Shown piece after piece: positions 55,959 through 64,000 of a stretch of DNA of 64,000 bases (its first letter is position 1; each line of letters opens with the position of its first letter). The DNA is taken from assembly GCA_038227875.1 (NCBI GenBank), contig JBBRPR010000020.1:32001-96000 (forward strand), written 5' to 3'. Position numbers and translations under genes: made by a program. The DNA comes from Planctomycetota bacterium. GTDB lineage: Bacteria > Planctomycetota > SZUA-567 > H5-PLA8. The notes below the pieces were generated by a model. The model worked only from the letters and a program-made list of their open reading frames with translations. It had not been told where the DNA came from and made no database searches.

Positions 55959-57008
55959 TCACTTCTTGCTCCGCTTCAATTCCTTCTCGATCGCCGGAAT
56001 CATCTTGCTCGTGCCGTGGCGGATCGGGTCTTCGGCGGGCAGGCCGGTCTGGTCTTCGATCTGCTTCGCGGCGCGATCGGCGGCGGCGGGCGTCATGCCG
56101 ACGGTGTTGAGGCTCACGGCGGCCACGCGGCAGGGCTGCAGGGGTTTCATCAACGCTTCGACCAGTTGAATGCCGTCCTTCACGGGGTAGATCTTGAACT
56201 TCTCGTAGTGCGAGATGTTCTTGCGGTTCGGCGCGTGGACGTAAACGATCGCGTGCGGCATGGAGCCGTGGAGCAGGCCGACAGTGACGCCGCTGTACGC
56301 GGGATGGTAGACGCTGCCCTGGCCTTCCACGACGACCACTTCACGGTTGCGGCGTTCCCAGCAGAGGCGCTCGGCCGCGCCGTTGACGTAGTCGCTCAGC
56401 ACATGGTCTACGGCGATTCCGGAACCGGCGATCATGATGCCCGTCTGGCCGGTGGCGACGAATTCACTGTCCCAACCGGCTTTCTTCAGACCCTTGTCGA
56501 TTTCCAGCGCTGTCACCATCTTGCCGAGATTGCAATCGGAACCGAGCAGGGCGATGCGGCGCTGCTTGAGGCCGCGGAGTTTGTCTTCGGCGACGGAAAT
56601 GTCGGCGGGCGGAACGCGGACGTCGACGAGCTTCACCTTATTCTTCTTCGCGGCGGCGGCAAATTCCGCGTCTTCCGAGAGAACGTGATGGAGACCGCTG
56701 ACCACGTCGAGTCCCGCGGCGATCGCGGCCAGAATAATGTTGCGCCACGATTGCGGCAGCCGGCCACCGACCGGCGCGATGCCGATCAGCAGTTCCGTCG
56801 GCTTGTATTTCAGGCCTTGAGCGACGGAGCTCACGATTGGGATGCCGTGCCCGCAGCCGATCACTTCTTCCAGCGGCTTGCCGGCCTTGGCGGCTTTGGA
56901 GTCCAGCACGCACGCCGTCTCGCTCGGACAGTAGCGGATCAGCGACGTCGCGGTCTTCGAAGAGAAGACACCCAGCTGGCCTTCGGTGAGGATCATCATT
57001 TTGCGCAT
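55959..57008 (-). CDS. DUF1611 family protein (DgcN-like N-acetyltransferase)
   Basis: KTA..LIRY, IGIAPVGGRLP, SGLH, GSDCNLGKM, ATGQTGI and VEGQGSVYHPAYSGV. Confidence 0.9.
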   Translation of the reverse strand: MRKMMILTEGQLGVFSSKTATSLIRYCPSETACVLDSKAAKAGKPLEEVIGCGHGIPIVSSVAQGLKYKPTELLIGIAPVGGRLPQSWRNIILAAIAAGLDVVSGLHHVLSEDAEFAAAAKKNKVKLVDVRVPPADISVAEDKLRGLKQRRIALLGSDCNLGKMVTALEIDKGLKKAGWDSEFVATGQTGIMIAGSGIAVDHVLSDYVNGAAERLCWERRNREVVVVEGQGSVYHPAYSGVTVGLLHGSMPHAIVYVHAPNRKNISHYEKFKIYPVKDGIQLVEALMKPLQPCRVAAVSLNTVGMTPAAADRAAKQIEDQTGLPAEDPIRHGTSKMIPAIEKELKRSKK

Positions 57009-57042
57009 TCGGTTTTTCCTTTGATCATGGTTGTTGTGGCGC

Positions 57043-57150
57043 GGCTCCTGACTCTTAGCTTTTGGCTCTGGAGATCCTGTCGGTCAGTCCACGATCCATC
57101 GACTAACCGACAGGACCCTCAGGAGCCAAGAGCCAGGAGCCAAGAGTCAA
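57043..57150. repeat. Intergenic fold-back with GGCTCCT/GGCTCTT heptamer arms
   Basis: Left heptamers pair with CAGGAGC/CAAGAGC on the right; inner stem TCCTGTCGGTCAGTC / GACTAACCGACAGGA. Confidence 0.8.
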
Positions 57151-57151
57151 T

Positions 57152-57970
57152 CTATGCATCCTTCCACATCGCGCGGACTTTGCGGGGGAAATGGGGGAAC
57201 GTTTTCTCGGGCGGGTCGAGTTCGGGGATCCACTTCTTCTCCCATTCGAAGCTCAAGTAGCTGTCGAAGCCATCGGCTTTCAAGCGTGAGAAGACTTTCG
57301 GCCACGGAATCTCGCCGGCGCCGACAAGAACGTACTCGTGCTTGCCGCCGGGGAAGTTGAATCCGTCTTTGACGTGGCAGTAGCAGATATGCTTCTTAAT
57401 GGTGGCGTAGGTGGTCTCCCACGGTTCCAGGTTGGCGTGGATGCCATTGAAGACGTCGTAGACTACTCCAAGTCCCTTGCTATCGACGCGGTCGAGAATG
57501 CCCATCAAATTCTTGCCGGAGCACCAGTCATCGTGAATTTCAAACGCGATCGTGAGGTTGCGCTTGGCGGCTTCCTGAGCCAGCGGCTTGACGGCATCGG
57601 CGATGACGGTGGTCATGGCCTCGACGGTGGATCCCTTCGGCACGCCGCCGCAGAACGCACGGATATACTTTGCGCCCATGGCCTCGGCGATGGCAATCAG
57701 TTTGTGGCCGAGTTCCTGATTCTTCACGACTTCCGCCGGATCCGTGAAGGCGAAGCGGCAGTAACCCATCACGCTGAAGATGGGGACGCAGTGGTCGCGG
57801 AAAATCTGCGCGGTCTCGCGGGCCAGGGCGGGGGAGGCGTCGGGCGAAAAATGATTGCCGTCGGCATGAGTGCGAAGTTCGACGCCGTCGTAGCCCATCG
57901 ATTTGGCGTTGCTGGCGATGTTTGGAAGCGACCAATCCGGGCAGCCGAGCGTGGAGAACGACAGTTTCAT
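57152..57970 (-). CDS. Sugar phosphate isomerase/epimerase family protein
   Basis: FSTLGCPDW, GYDGVELR, FEIHD, YD, HVKD and SFEWEKKW. Confidence 0.9.
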   Translation of the reverse strand: MKLSFSTLGCPDWSLPNIASNAKSMGYDGVELRTHADGNHFSPDASPALARETAQIFRDHCVPIFSVMGYCRFAFTDPAEVVKNQELGHKLIAIAEAMGAKYIRAFCGGVPKGSTVEAMTTVIADAVKPLAQEAAKRNLTIAFEIHDDWCSGKNLMGILDRVDSKGLGVVYDVFNGIHANLEPWETTYATIKKHICYCHVKDGFNFPGGKHEYVLVGAGEIPWPKVFSRLKADGFDSYLSFEWEKKWIPELDPPEKTFPHFPRKVRAMWKDA

Positions 57971-58195
57971 GTCGAGGCCTCAAATTATTATGTCCGTCAT
58001 GTTCCTGACGGATAAACGCTATCAAGGTGTTTCGTCTTGGCAACTGTGATTTAAAGGTGAAACCATAGCGCGTCGTTTGAGAATTTATAGCGACCATTGT
58101 CAACCGCCGGTTAAGCTGTTCTTGACTTCCCTGGAATTTGAATCACAAATCATCTGCACGCTACAAATTTGCAGGCATCACTGGAGGAATTCGAC

Positions 58196-58858
58196 ATGCG
58201 GCTTTTCCTGATCACGGTCGTGTTGGCGTTGATCGCCGGCTCGCAAGCGGCTCATGCACTGGAGCCGCTCGGCGGTGTCTACTACGTCACCACGTCCGAA
58301 GGACGTTGGAAGCTGACGTTCTCCCGCGACGGCACGTATGAGTTGCAGAATCCGCGAGGCCGCACCACGGCGGGAAATTACAATTCAACCGACCGTGAAC
58401 TGGCGCTGATTGAAACCGGCGGCGCGGGCAACCGCAGGCATTTCCGTTACTACCGCGTGGCGGGACAACTGTCGCTGGAATCGACCAACCGCGACGCGTC
58501 GACCAACGACGGACTGCTCAACCGCATGCCGCCGAGCATCGGCTCGAGCGTTGTCTGGTATGACCGGCCGGTGGTGGTCGTACAGCCTCCCGTCGTGGTA
58601 CGGCCGCCCGTGGTTGTGGTTGAGCCCTCGCGACCGATCTACGTTCCGCCGCCGGCGTATGTCCCCCCGCCAGCGTACGTGCCTCCGCCGACCTGGCAGT
58701 CGCCTGCGATTTCCCGGATCAACGATCTGCTCGATCGCGCCGCGCGGGAGACAAGCAATGCCCGCATCTACCTGCGCAATGGCGAGCGGAATTCGTTCCT
58801 CGATTCGATGCGCCGCGCCCGCGAAGCCCTGCAGGATGCCGAAGAGCTCGCGCGTTGA
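58196..58858 (+). CDS. Secreted hypothetical protein with a Val/Pro-rich linker
   Basis: GGAGG RBS; signal peptide; PVVVV and YVPPPA repeats; helical C-terminus. Confidence 0.75.
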   Translation: MRLFLITVVLALIAGSQAAHALEPLGGVYYVTTSEGRWKLTFSRDGTYELQNPRGRTTAGNYNSTDRELALIETGGAGNRRHFRYYRVAGQLSLESTNRDASTNDGLLNRMPPSIGSSVVWYDRPVVVVQPPVVVRPPVVVVEPSRPIYVPPPAYVPPPAYVPPPTWQSPAISRINDLLDRAARETSNARIYLRNGERNSFLDSMRRAREALQDAEELAR

Positions 58859-58916
58859 ACCGGCCGAAGTGCCGGCTTGTTAAGCAATCGAATTGAGAAA
58901 ACTTCAGGAGAATGCA

Positions 58917-60428
58917 ATGCGCTTCGACGGAACACTGAAAACCTTGCGAGTACTGGTGGCGTGCGGCGGACTGTTGACGGCTCGAAGTTGGGCCGCCGCC
59001 GATGCAGCTAACCCGCCGGCGCCCGTACCCGCTGGCGAATCGGCTGGCGGAGCGGACAGTGGTTCGGAGCTGGCCGAGAGCGGCAGTGCCAATCCGCTGG
59101 AACGTTATTTTTCTGCGCAGATCGATGCGTCGCGCGAGGAGAAGAAGGGGCTGATCCTGGCAGTCTTCGATTCCGGCACTCCCAGCGCGCTCTCGAAGGT
59201 GCTGATACATACGCCGGACTGGAAGGAGCGGATTACGAGCAAGTACACGATCATGCCGTTGGATCTGCGGCCCGCGTTGCTGGCCAATCCGGAATACGCC
59301 GGCATGGCGCGCGATATCGCGGAACGCTTTCCAGTAAAAGGCGTACCGGGGATGATCTTTTTCGATGCCAGCTTGCAGCCGGTGGCGCAGATCCATTCGC
59401 AGACCACGAAGGAAGGCTTTCTCGCGGCGCTGGACAAAGTAGAAGCGGCCGTGGCCAAGCGCGGTGAATTGGTCGCTAAACGCCAGAGCTTGAAAGCCGA
59501 AGAGGCCAAGGTCACCGATCAACTGATCGAAGCGGCGTTGACGCTGGATACTCCTGTCGAAGCGTTGCGGGACCAGATCGACGACGTGCTGGAACTGGAT
59601 GCCGACGGTGCGGCCGGGTTGAAGGCCAAGTACGACCCGATCGCGCGGATTCTTCAGGCGCAGACGCTGGTGAAGAAGAACACCGCCGACGCCGCGGGCA
59701 TGGCCGAAGCGGCGCTCAATGCCATCGACGCCACGAAACTGGCGCCGGCGTGGCAGGAACGTCGCATGGCGCTGCTGCTCGATGCCGTGCTGAGCGGTGG
59801 TGACAAGGCGAAGATTGAGACGACGTTGAACGCCGCTCTGGCGCTCGACGCGGCCGCGCCGGAGATCAAGCAGGCGTGGACAGCACGCGCGGCAGGCGCT
59901 CTGGTCGCCCAAGGCGACACAGTCCACGCGGAAGAACTCGTGAAGAAGGCCGTGGCGCTTGCGCCGCAGTCGGCCTGGGCCAAGTCGCAGGCCGAGGCGC
60001 CGGCGGCGACTGCCGCCACCGCGGTTGCCGCGGCGACGTCAGCGTTGAAAACCCACGACGGCAAGCCCTTCGACTTGGACGCCTGGAAAGGCAAGCCGGT
60101 CGTAATTGAATTCTGGAGCACCGCCAACCGTCACAGCGCCACTGCGCTGCAGACGCTGGCCGATGTGGCCGCCGCGAACAAGGACAAGGCCGGCTTCATC
60201 GCGGTCAATGTCGGCAACTCGGATGACTGCTCGGCCTTCGCCGCGAAATTTCCCGCGCTGCAGTGGGTCGAGGACACCACCGGAGTGCTGGAAGATCGCT
60301 TCGAAATCAAGCGCGCACCGTACACCCTGGTGGTCGGGCCGGATGGCAAGCGGGTCTCGGGCATTGTCGGCTTGAACACCTTCAACAAGGCGATGCTGGA
60401 AACGCGCCTCGGCGATCTGCTGAAGTAG
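58917..60428 (+). CDS. Exported protein with thioredoxin-like folds (C-terminal TlpA/redoxin-like) lacking CxxC
   Basis: C-terminal LKTHDGKPFDLDAWKGKPVVIEFWST...FIAVNV...APYTLVVGPDGK; N-terminal FPVKGVPGMIFFD segment. Confidence 0.75.
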   Translation: MRFDGTLKTLRVLVACGGLLTARSWAAADAANPPAPVPAGESAGGADSGSELAESGSANPLERYFSAQIDASREEKKGLILAVFDSGTPSALSKVLIHTPDWKERITSKYTIMPLDLRPALLANPEYAGMARDIAERFPVKGVPGMIFFDASLQPVAQIHSQTTKEGFLAALDKVEAAVAKRGELVAKRQSLKAEEAKVTDQLIEAALTLDTPVEALRDQIDDVLELDADGAAGLKAKYDPIARILQAQTLVKKNTADAAGMAEAALNAIDATKLAPAWQERRMALLLDAVLSGGDKAKIETTLNAALALDAAAPEIKQAWTARAAGALVAQGDTVHAEELVKKAVALAPQSAWAKSQAEAPAATAATAVAAATSALKTHDGKPFDLDAWKGKPVVIEFWSTANRHSATALQTLADVAAANKDKAGFIAVNVGNSDDCSAFAAKFPALQWVEDTTGVLEDRFEIKRAPYTLVVGPDGKRVSGIVGLNTFNKAMLETRLGDLLK

Positions 60429-60630
60429 AGCATAAAATAGTGCCACGGATGCATAAGTTTCTGAGCGTAGCGCATAAGCTTATTCATCCGTGACTCGTCA
60501 CCTTTCCATAAGCACAATAATAGTTGTGGACGAAGCTTGGCCGCTACGCCAAGCTCCGTGAATTCGTGACACAACTTCCGTGAAATTCTCATTTGCAATT
60601 CTCTCGGACCAAAGCTACTGTCCTGACTTG

Positions 60631-60647
60631 TTGAGAATGATTCTCAA
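60631..60647. promoter_or_regulatory. Fur-family box
   Basis: Perfect 8-1-8 inverted repeat TTGAGAAT-G-ATTCTCAA about 20 bp upstream of the next start codon. Confidence 0.75.
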
Positions 60648-60667
60648 TATCAATTCAGGAGGATGTC

Positions 60668-62296
60668 GTGCGTAAGATCATGGTTTTGCTTGTCTTGCAA
60701 GTCTGTCTCGGGGTGGTGGGTAAGGCTCATGCGGCGTTGGACAAGGATTCGGCCGAAGCCAAGCTTGGCGAGCGGTTGTTCCTGGAAACGCGGTTTGCGC
60801 AGTTCTTTGCGGCCAACTGCGGCGGGAATTTCAACGCGACACTCAATGCCGGTGATCCAGTGATGGCGGTGCTGGTGAAGCCGGACGGCACTATTCCGGG
60901 ACCGTTCGCCGGACAGTCGATGAACTGCCGCGCCTGCCATCTTGTTGGCGACGCGGCGCAGACGCCGGGCGGCGGGTTCCGAACTTATGCCGACTTTGCG
61001 CGCCGTAGCCCGATACCATTCCGCATCGAAGACGGCTTGACGCTCACGCCGCGCAATTCGCCCTCACTGGTTAACGGACTGCTCAACCTGTCCAGCAAAC
61101 GTACGCTGCATTTCGACGGCGAGTTTCCCACGATCACCGACCTCATCAAAGGCACGCTGACGGGTCGAAACTTCGGCTGGCTCCCCGACGAGAGTGGGGC
61201 GGCGCTGCATCATATCGCTCAGGTTATCCGCCGGGACAATGGATCCGGCCAGTTGGCGCAGGATTCCGGCGGTGCGTACCGCGATGTGTTTGCGGCCAGC
61301 GGCGCGGTGGACGAGGAGTTCAAAATTCCGGAACAGTACCAGTTGGATGTGATGAAGGCCTCGGACGCGGAAATTCTGGACGCGGTGGCGAAATTAATGG
61401 CCGTCTACGTTCACACCCTGCAATTTCAAGTCACGCCTGGCGGCACGTTTGTTGGTTCACCGTACGACGTGTTCTTAAAGAAGAATGGGTTGCCGCAGCA
61501 GCCCAAGGGCCGCAAGTCCGATCTGGTGTATGCGCGCGATTTCCGCGCCAGATTGGCGGCGCTGTCCAATCCGCAATTTGTGACGGAGGCGGACGGCAAG
61601 CTCGCCAATCATAACGGTCAGCCGTTCGTATTTGGTCCAAAGGAAATGCAGGGTCTGCAGATTTTTCTCAGCGAGCCGATGGCTGGAAATTCCAGCGCGT
61701 CGGTGGGCAACTGCCTGGCGTGTCACGCGCCGCCACGGTTTACGGATTTTGGATTTCATAACACCGGCGCGACGCAGGAAGAGTACGACTTCATCCATGG
61801 CGAGGGCGCGTTCATGAAACTCGTCATTCCGTCTTTAAACGACCGAATGCAAAATCCCGACGCCTTTCTGCCCGCAACTGCGGCGCATCCCAAGGCCACG
61901 GGCGTGTTCCGATCGATTCCGATTGCCGGCGATGCGCGGCAGACTGACCTGGGCGTGTGGAACATTTACGCCAATCCTGACATGCCAACCGCGCAGAAGC
62001 ACATTCTCGCCTCGTTGAATCTCAAGCATGCCGATCCCGAGACGGCGCTGACGCGCTGCATCGGCGCCTTCAAAACACCGGGGCTGCGCGACCTGCCGGA
62101 CAGCGCGCCGTTTTTGCATACGGGGCGGATGGACACGCTCACCGACGTGCTTCATTTTTATCAGCGCTTTTCAACCGCGGCTCGCCTGGGCGCCGTGCGT
62201 AATGCCGACCTTGAGATCGCAAAAATCAACATCTCGGAAGACGATGTGGACGCGCTGGAGGCGTTCTTGTTGTCGCTGACCGAGGACTACGATTGA
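60668..62296 (+). CDS. Diheme cytochrome c peroxidase / MauG superfamily protein
   Basis: Signal peptide; LGERLFLE, CRACH, RNSPSL, HFDG, CLACH, FHNTG and FKTPGLRDL..SAPFLHTG. Confidence 0.88.
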   Translation: MRKIMVLLVLQVCLGVVGKAHAALDKDSAEAKLGERLFLETRFAQFFAANCGGNFNATLNAGDPVMAVLVKPDGTIPGPFAGQSMNCRACHLVGDAAQTPGGGFRTYADFARRSPIPFRIEDGLTLTPRNSPSLVNGLLNLSSKRTLHFDGEFPTITDLIKGTLTGRNFGWLPDESGAALHHIAQVIRRDNGSGQLAQDSGGAYRDVFAASGAVDEEFKIPEQYQLDVMKASDAEILDAVAKLMAVYVHTLQFQVTPGGTFVGSPYDVFLKKNGLPQQPKGRKSDLVYARDFRARLAALSNPQFVTEADGKLANHNGQPFVFGPKEMQGLQIFLSEPMAGNSSASVGNCLACHAPPRFTDFGFHNTGATQEEYDFIHGEGAFMKLVIPSLNDRMQNPDAFLPATAAHPKATGVFRSIPIAGDARQTDLGVWNIYANPDMPTAQKHILASLNLKHADPETALTRCIGAFKTPGLRDLPDSAPFLHTGRMDTLTDVLHFYQRFSTAARLGAVRNADLEIAKINISEDDVDALEAFLLSLTEDYD

Positions 62297-62394
62297 CACC
62301 TGAACGGCGCTGACGCCTTTAGATTTCATATATTTCGGTTTGGACAGAAATGTCAGTAATGTGGTAGAGTTAATGGCGGAGGAGGGGATCAGCC

Positions 62395-63186
62395 ATGCTC
62401 ACTACCACGGCCAGCAGGGGACTCACGCGTCTGCATTCTGACGCGGCGCGGTGGCGGATGGAGCGGCCTGAGGAACGGCCGCTGTTTTTTTCTGATTGGG
62501 TGCGGGCGGTCTTTATTCATTTCGAATGTGATCCGGAATTGCTTCAGCGTCTGACGCCCTACCGCCTGGACCTGCGCGACGGCAAGGCCTACGTCAGCCT
62601 CGTGGCGTTCACGATGGTTCGGTTGCGGCCGAGTTTCGGCGGACGGTTCACGGAAGTTCTCTGCAAGCCCATCGCGACGCACAGTTTTATGAACGTTCGC
62701 ACGTACGTCCGGCACGGCGGGACGACAGGCATTTTCTTTCTGACCGAATGGCTTCCGAACCGCCTGAGCGTACTCCTGGGGCCAGTTGTCTACGGTCTTC
62801 CCTACCGTTTCGGGCGGCTGAATTACCACAACGACATGGCGACTGGATCTTTGCGAGGTTGCGTCGTTGCGCCGCCGGACCAACAGCTGAGTTACACGTG
62901 CACCATCGACCCGCTTACTCAGTTGCATCCTTGCGCCAGCGGTTCACCGGACGAATTTCTGCTGGAGCGTTACACGGCGTTCCTGATCCGCGGCACCTCT
63001 AAAGTGCTCTTCCATATCTGGCACGAGCCCTGGCCGCAGACTCAGATAAAGGTGGACTTGCCACAGACGGAGTTGCTGCGCGCACACTGCCCGTGGTTCC
63101 CGACGGCCCGGCGCGTCAGCGCTAACTATTCCACGGGAGTTGAGAACGTGTGGGTAGGTGCACCGATGGCGGCGGGTCTTTCGTAG
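62395..63186 (+). CDS. DUF2071 (YqjF-like) protein
   Basis: W..AVFIHF, AYVSLVAF, NVRTYV, GIFFL, FLLERY and HEPWP. Confidence 0.85.
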   Translation: MLTTTASRGLTRLHSDAARWRMERPEERPLFFSDWVRAVFIHFECDPELLQRLTPYRLDLRDGKAYVSLVAFTMVRLRPSFGGRFTEVLCKPIATHSFMNVRTYVRHGGTTGIFFLTEWLPNRLSVLLGPVVYGLPYRFGRLNYHNDMATGSLRGCVVAPPDQQLSYTCTIDPLTQLHPCASGSPDEFLLERYTAFLIRGTSKVLFHIWHEPWPQTQIKVDLPQTELLRAHCPWFPTARRVSANYSTGVENVWVGAPMAAGLS

Positions 63187-63503
63187 CTCCAAATTCGAGG
63201 CACTTGGTGAGCTGAGCTCACAAAAATCGGACGGCATTAATTTCTAAGCCATCTGTGCGATAATTCCCGGGGGTCTTAATGTCCGGTTGAGTGTCCTGAG
63301 ATTGATCCAGTTAGATTTTCCGGATCCTGTACACCGCGTCCGGAATCTCAAGCAGGCAAAATTTCCATTCAGACCTAACGCATGGATGCCTCGCGTATTA
63401 CACGAAAGTCGCGACCGCTGCGCGTTGCGGCATTTCCATTGCTATTCTCAACAAAGGAAGGCAGCAGTGACCCGCAACCGGGAATACAAAGGTGGAGAAT
63501 ATC

Positions 63504-63674
63504 ATGGACGGTGGAACTCAGAATTCAGTGGCGATAAGCCCGATGCAGGTTCACGGTACATCCCGCATGCGCTCGCGCACCCCAGTGGTGCTGGGTCCAC
63601 TCGATATTTTTGCGCTTACGACCACGACCAAAATGCAGTCATCCAAAACCGCGCGGCGCTCGCGCAACAACTGA
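63504..63674 (+). CDS. Possible small protein (56 aa)
   Basis: GGAG RBS 6 nt before the ATG; stop lies 2 bp from the stop of the convergent gene; no recognisable family. Confidence 0.3.
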   Translation: MDGGTQNSVAISPMQVHGTSRMRSRTPVVLGPLDIFALTTTTKMQSSKTARRSRNN

Positions 63675-63676
63675 AG

Positions 63677-64000
63677 TCAAACCTCAATCGTTTTCAGATA
63701 GTGCTGCAAGGCCACCGCCAGATCCCGGCCAAACGCGTGAGCCGATTCGGCGCTCACCCCCGCGCCGCTCGCATTCGCATACGGAATTTCAAGCGTCGCG
63801 GCCAGCCGGACTCCCGGTAACGATTGCGCCCAGTTCTGGCACATCATCAGCGGCCCGTTGTAGGTGTTCCAGCCCAAGCCAAACGCGAGATTATCAGCGC
63901 TCTGGAAGGGCAGGGGTCCGGTGCGTTCGCGCTCCAGGATCTGGCTGAATGCTCCGACGTGGTTCCAGTGTTCGGCCGACGACGTGCCGACGAAGTAAAT
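63677..64000 (-). CDS. 3' end of a probable M14-type zinc carboxypeptidase-like protein (partial)
   Basis: Frame open to the window edge: IYFVG...GLGWNT...AATLEIPYANASG...FGRDLAVAL; TLEIPY resembles the M14 catalytic Glu region. Confidence 0.55.
   Translation of the reverse strand: MYFVGTSSAEHWNHVGAFSQILERERTGPLPFQSADNLAFGLGWNTYNGPLMMCQNWAQSLPGVRLAATLEIPYANASGAGVSAESAHAFGRDLAVALQHYLKTIEV

Noticed and set aside
63287..63820. 177-aa plus-strand ORF
   Set aside because: Overlaps the minus-strand peptidase-like gene and has no RBS or motifs.

Overview
High-GC bacterial chromosomal segment, most consistent with a planctomycete or another PVC-superphylum organism. This is inferred from the gene repertoire: three ECF sigma/anti-sigma pairs, two multidomain Ser/Thr kinases, a secreted LRR protein and large secreted glycoside hydrolases. 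I saw no rRNA, tRNA, CRISPR array, transposase or integrase. Housekeeping and metabolic genes include a thiolase, HU/IHF, a group 1/2 sigma-70, glycerate kinase, murQ, a DEAD-box helicase, nagB, der and a DUF1611 + dipeptide-epimerase pair. The most interesting region is 20.8-33.6 kb, where two ECF/FecR-controlled operons converge. In the first, the position normally held by a TonB-dependent transducer is taken by a protein that keeps an STN-like signalling domain but carries a transglutaminase-like Cys-His-Asp core. The second is an ApbE flavinylation/electron-transfer operon with two TPR-FMN-binding paralogs and a NapH/NapG-like polyferredoxin that carries a D-aminoacylase-like insertion. 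Non-coding highlights: four dispersed 28-bp GACCT-N18-AGGTY palindromes with unrelated but self-complementary cores, several heptamer-based fold-back elements, a probable ACG start on the sigma-70 gene, a Fur-type box before a diheme peroxidase-like gene and a LacI-type operator. All family assignments come from motif recognition by eye, not from database searches.
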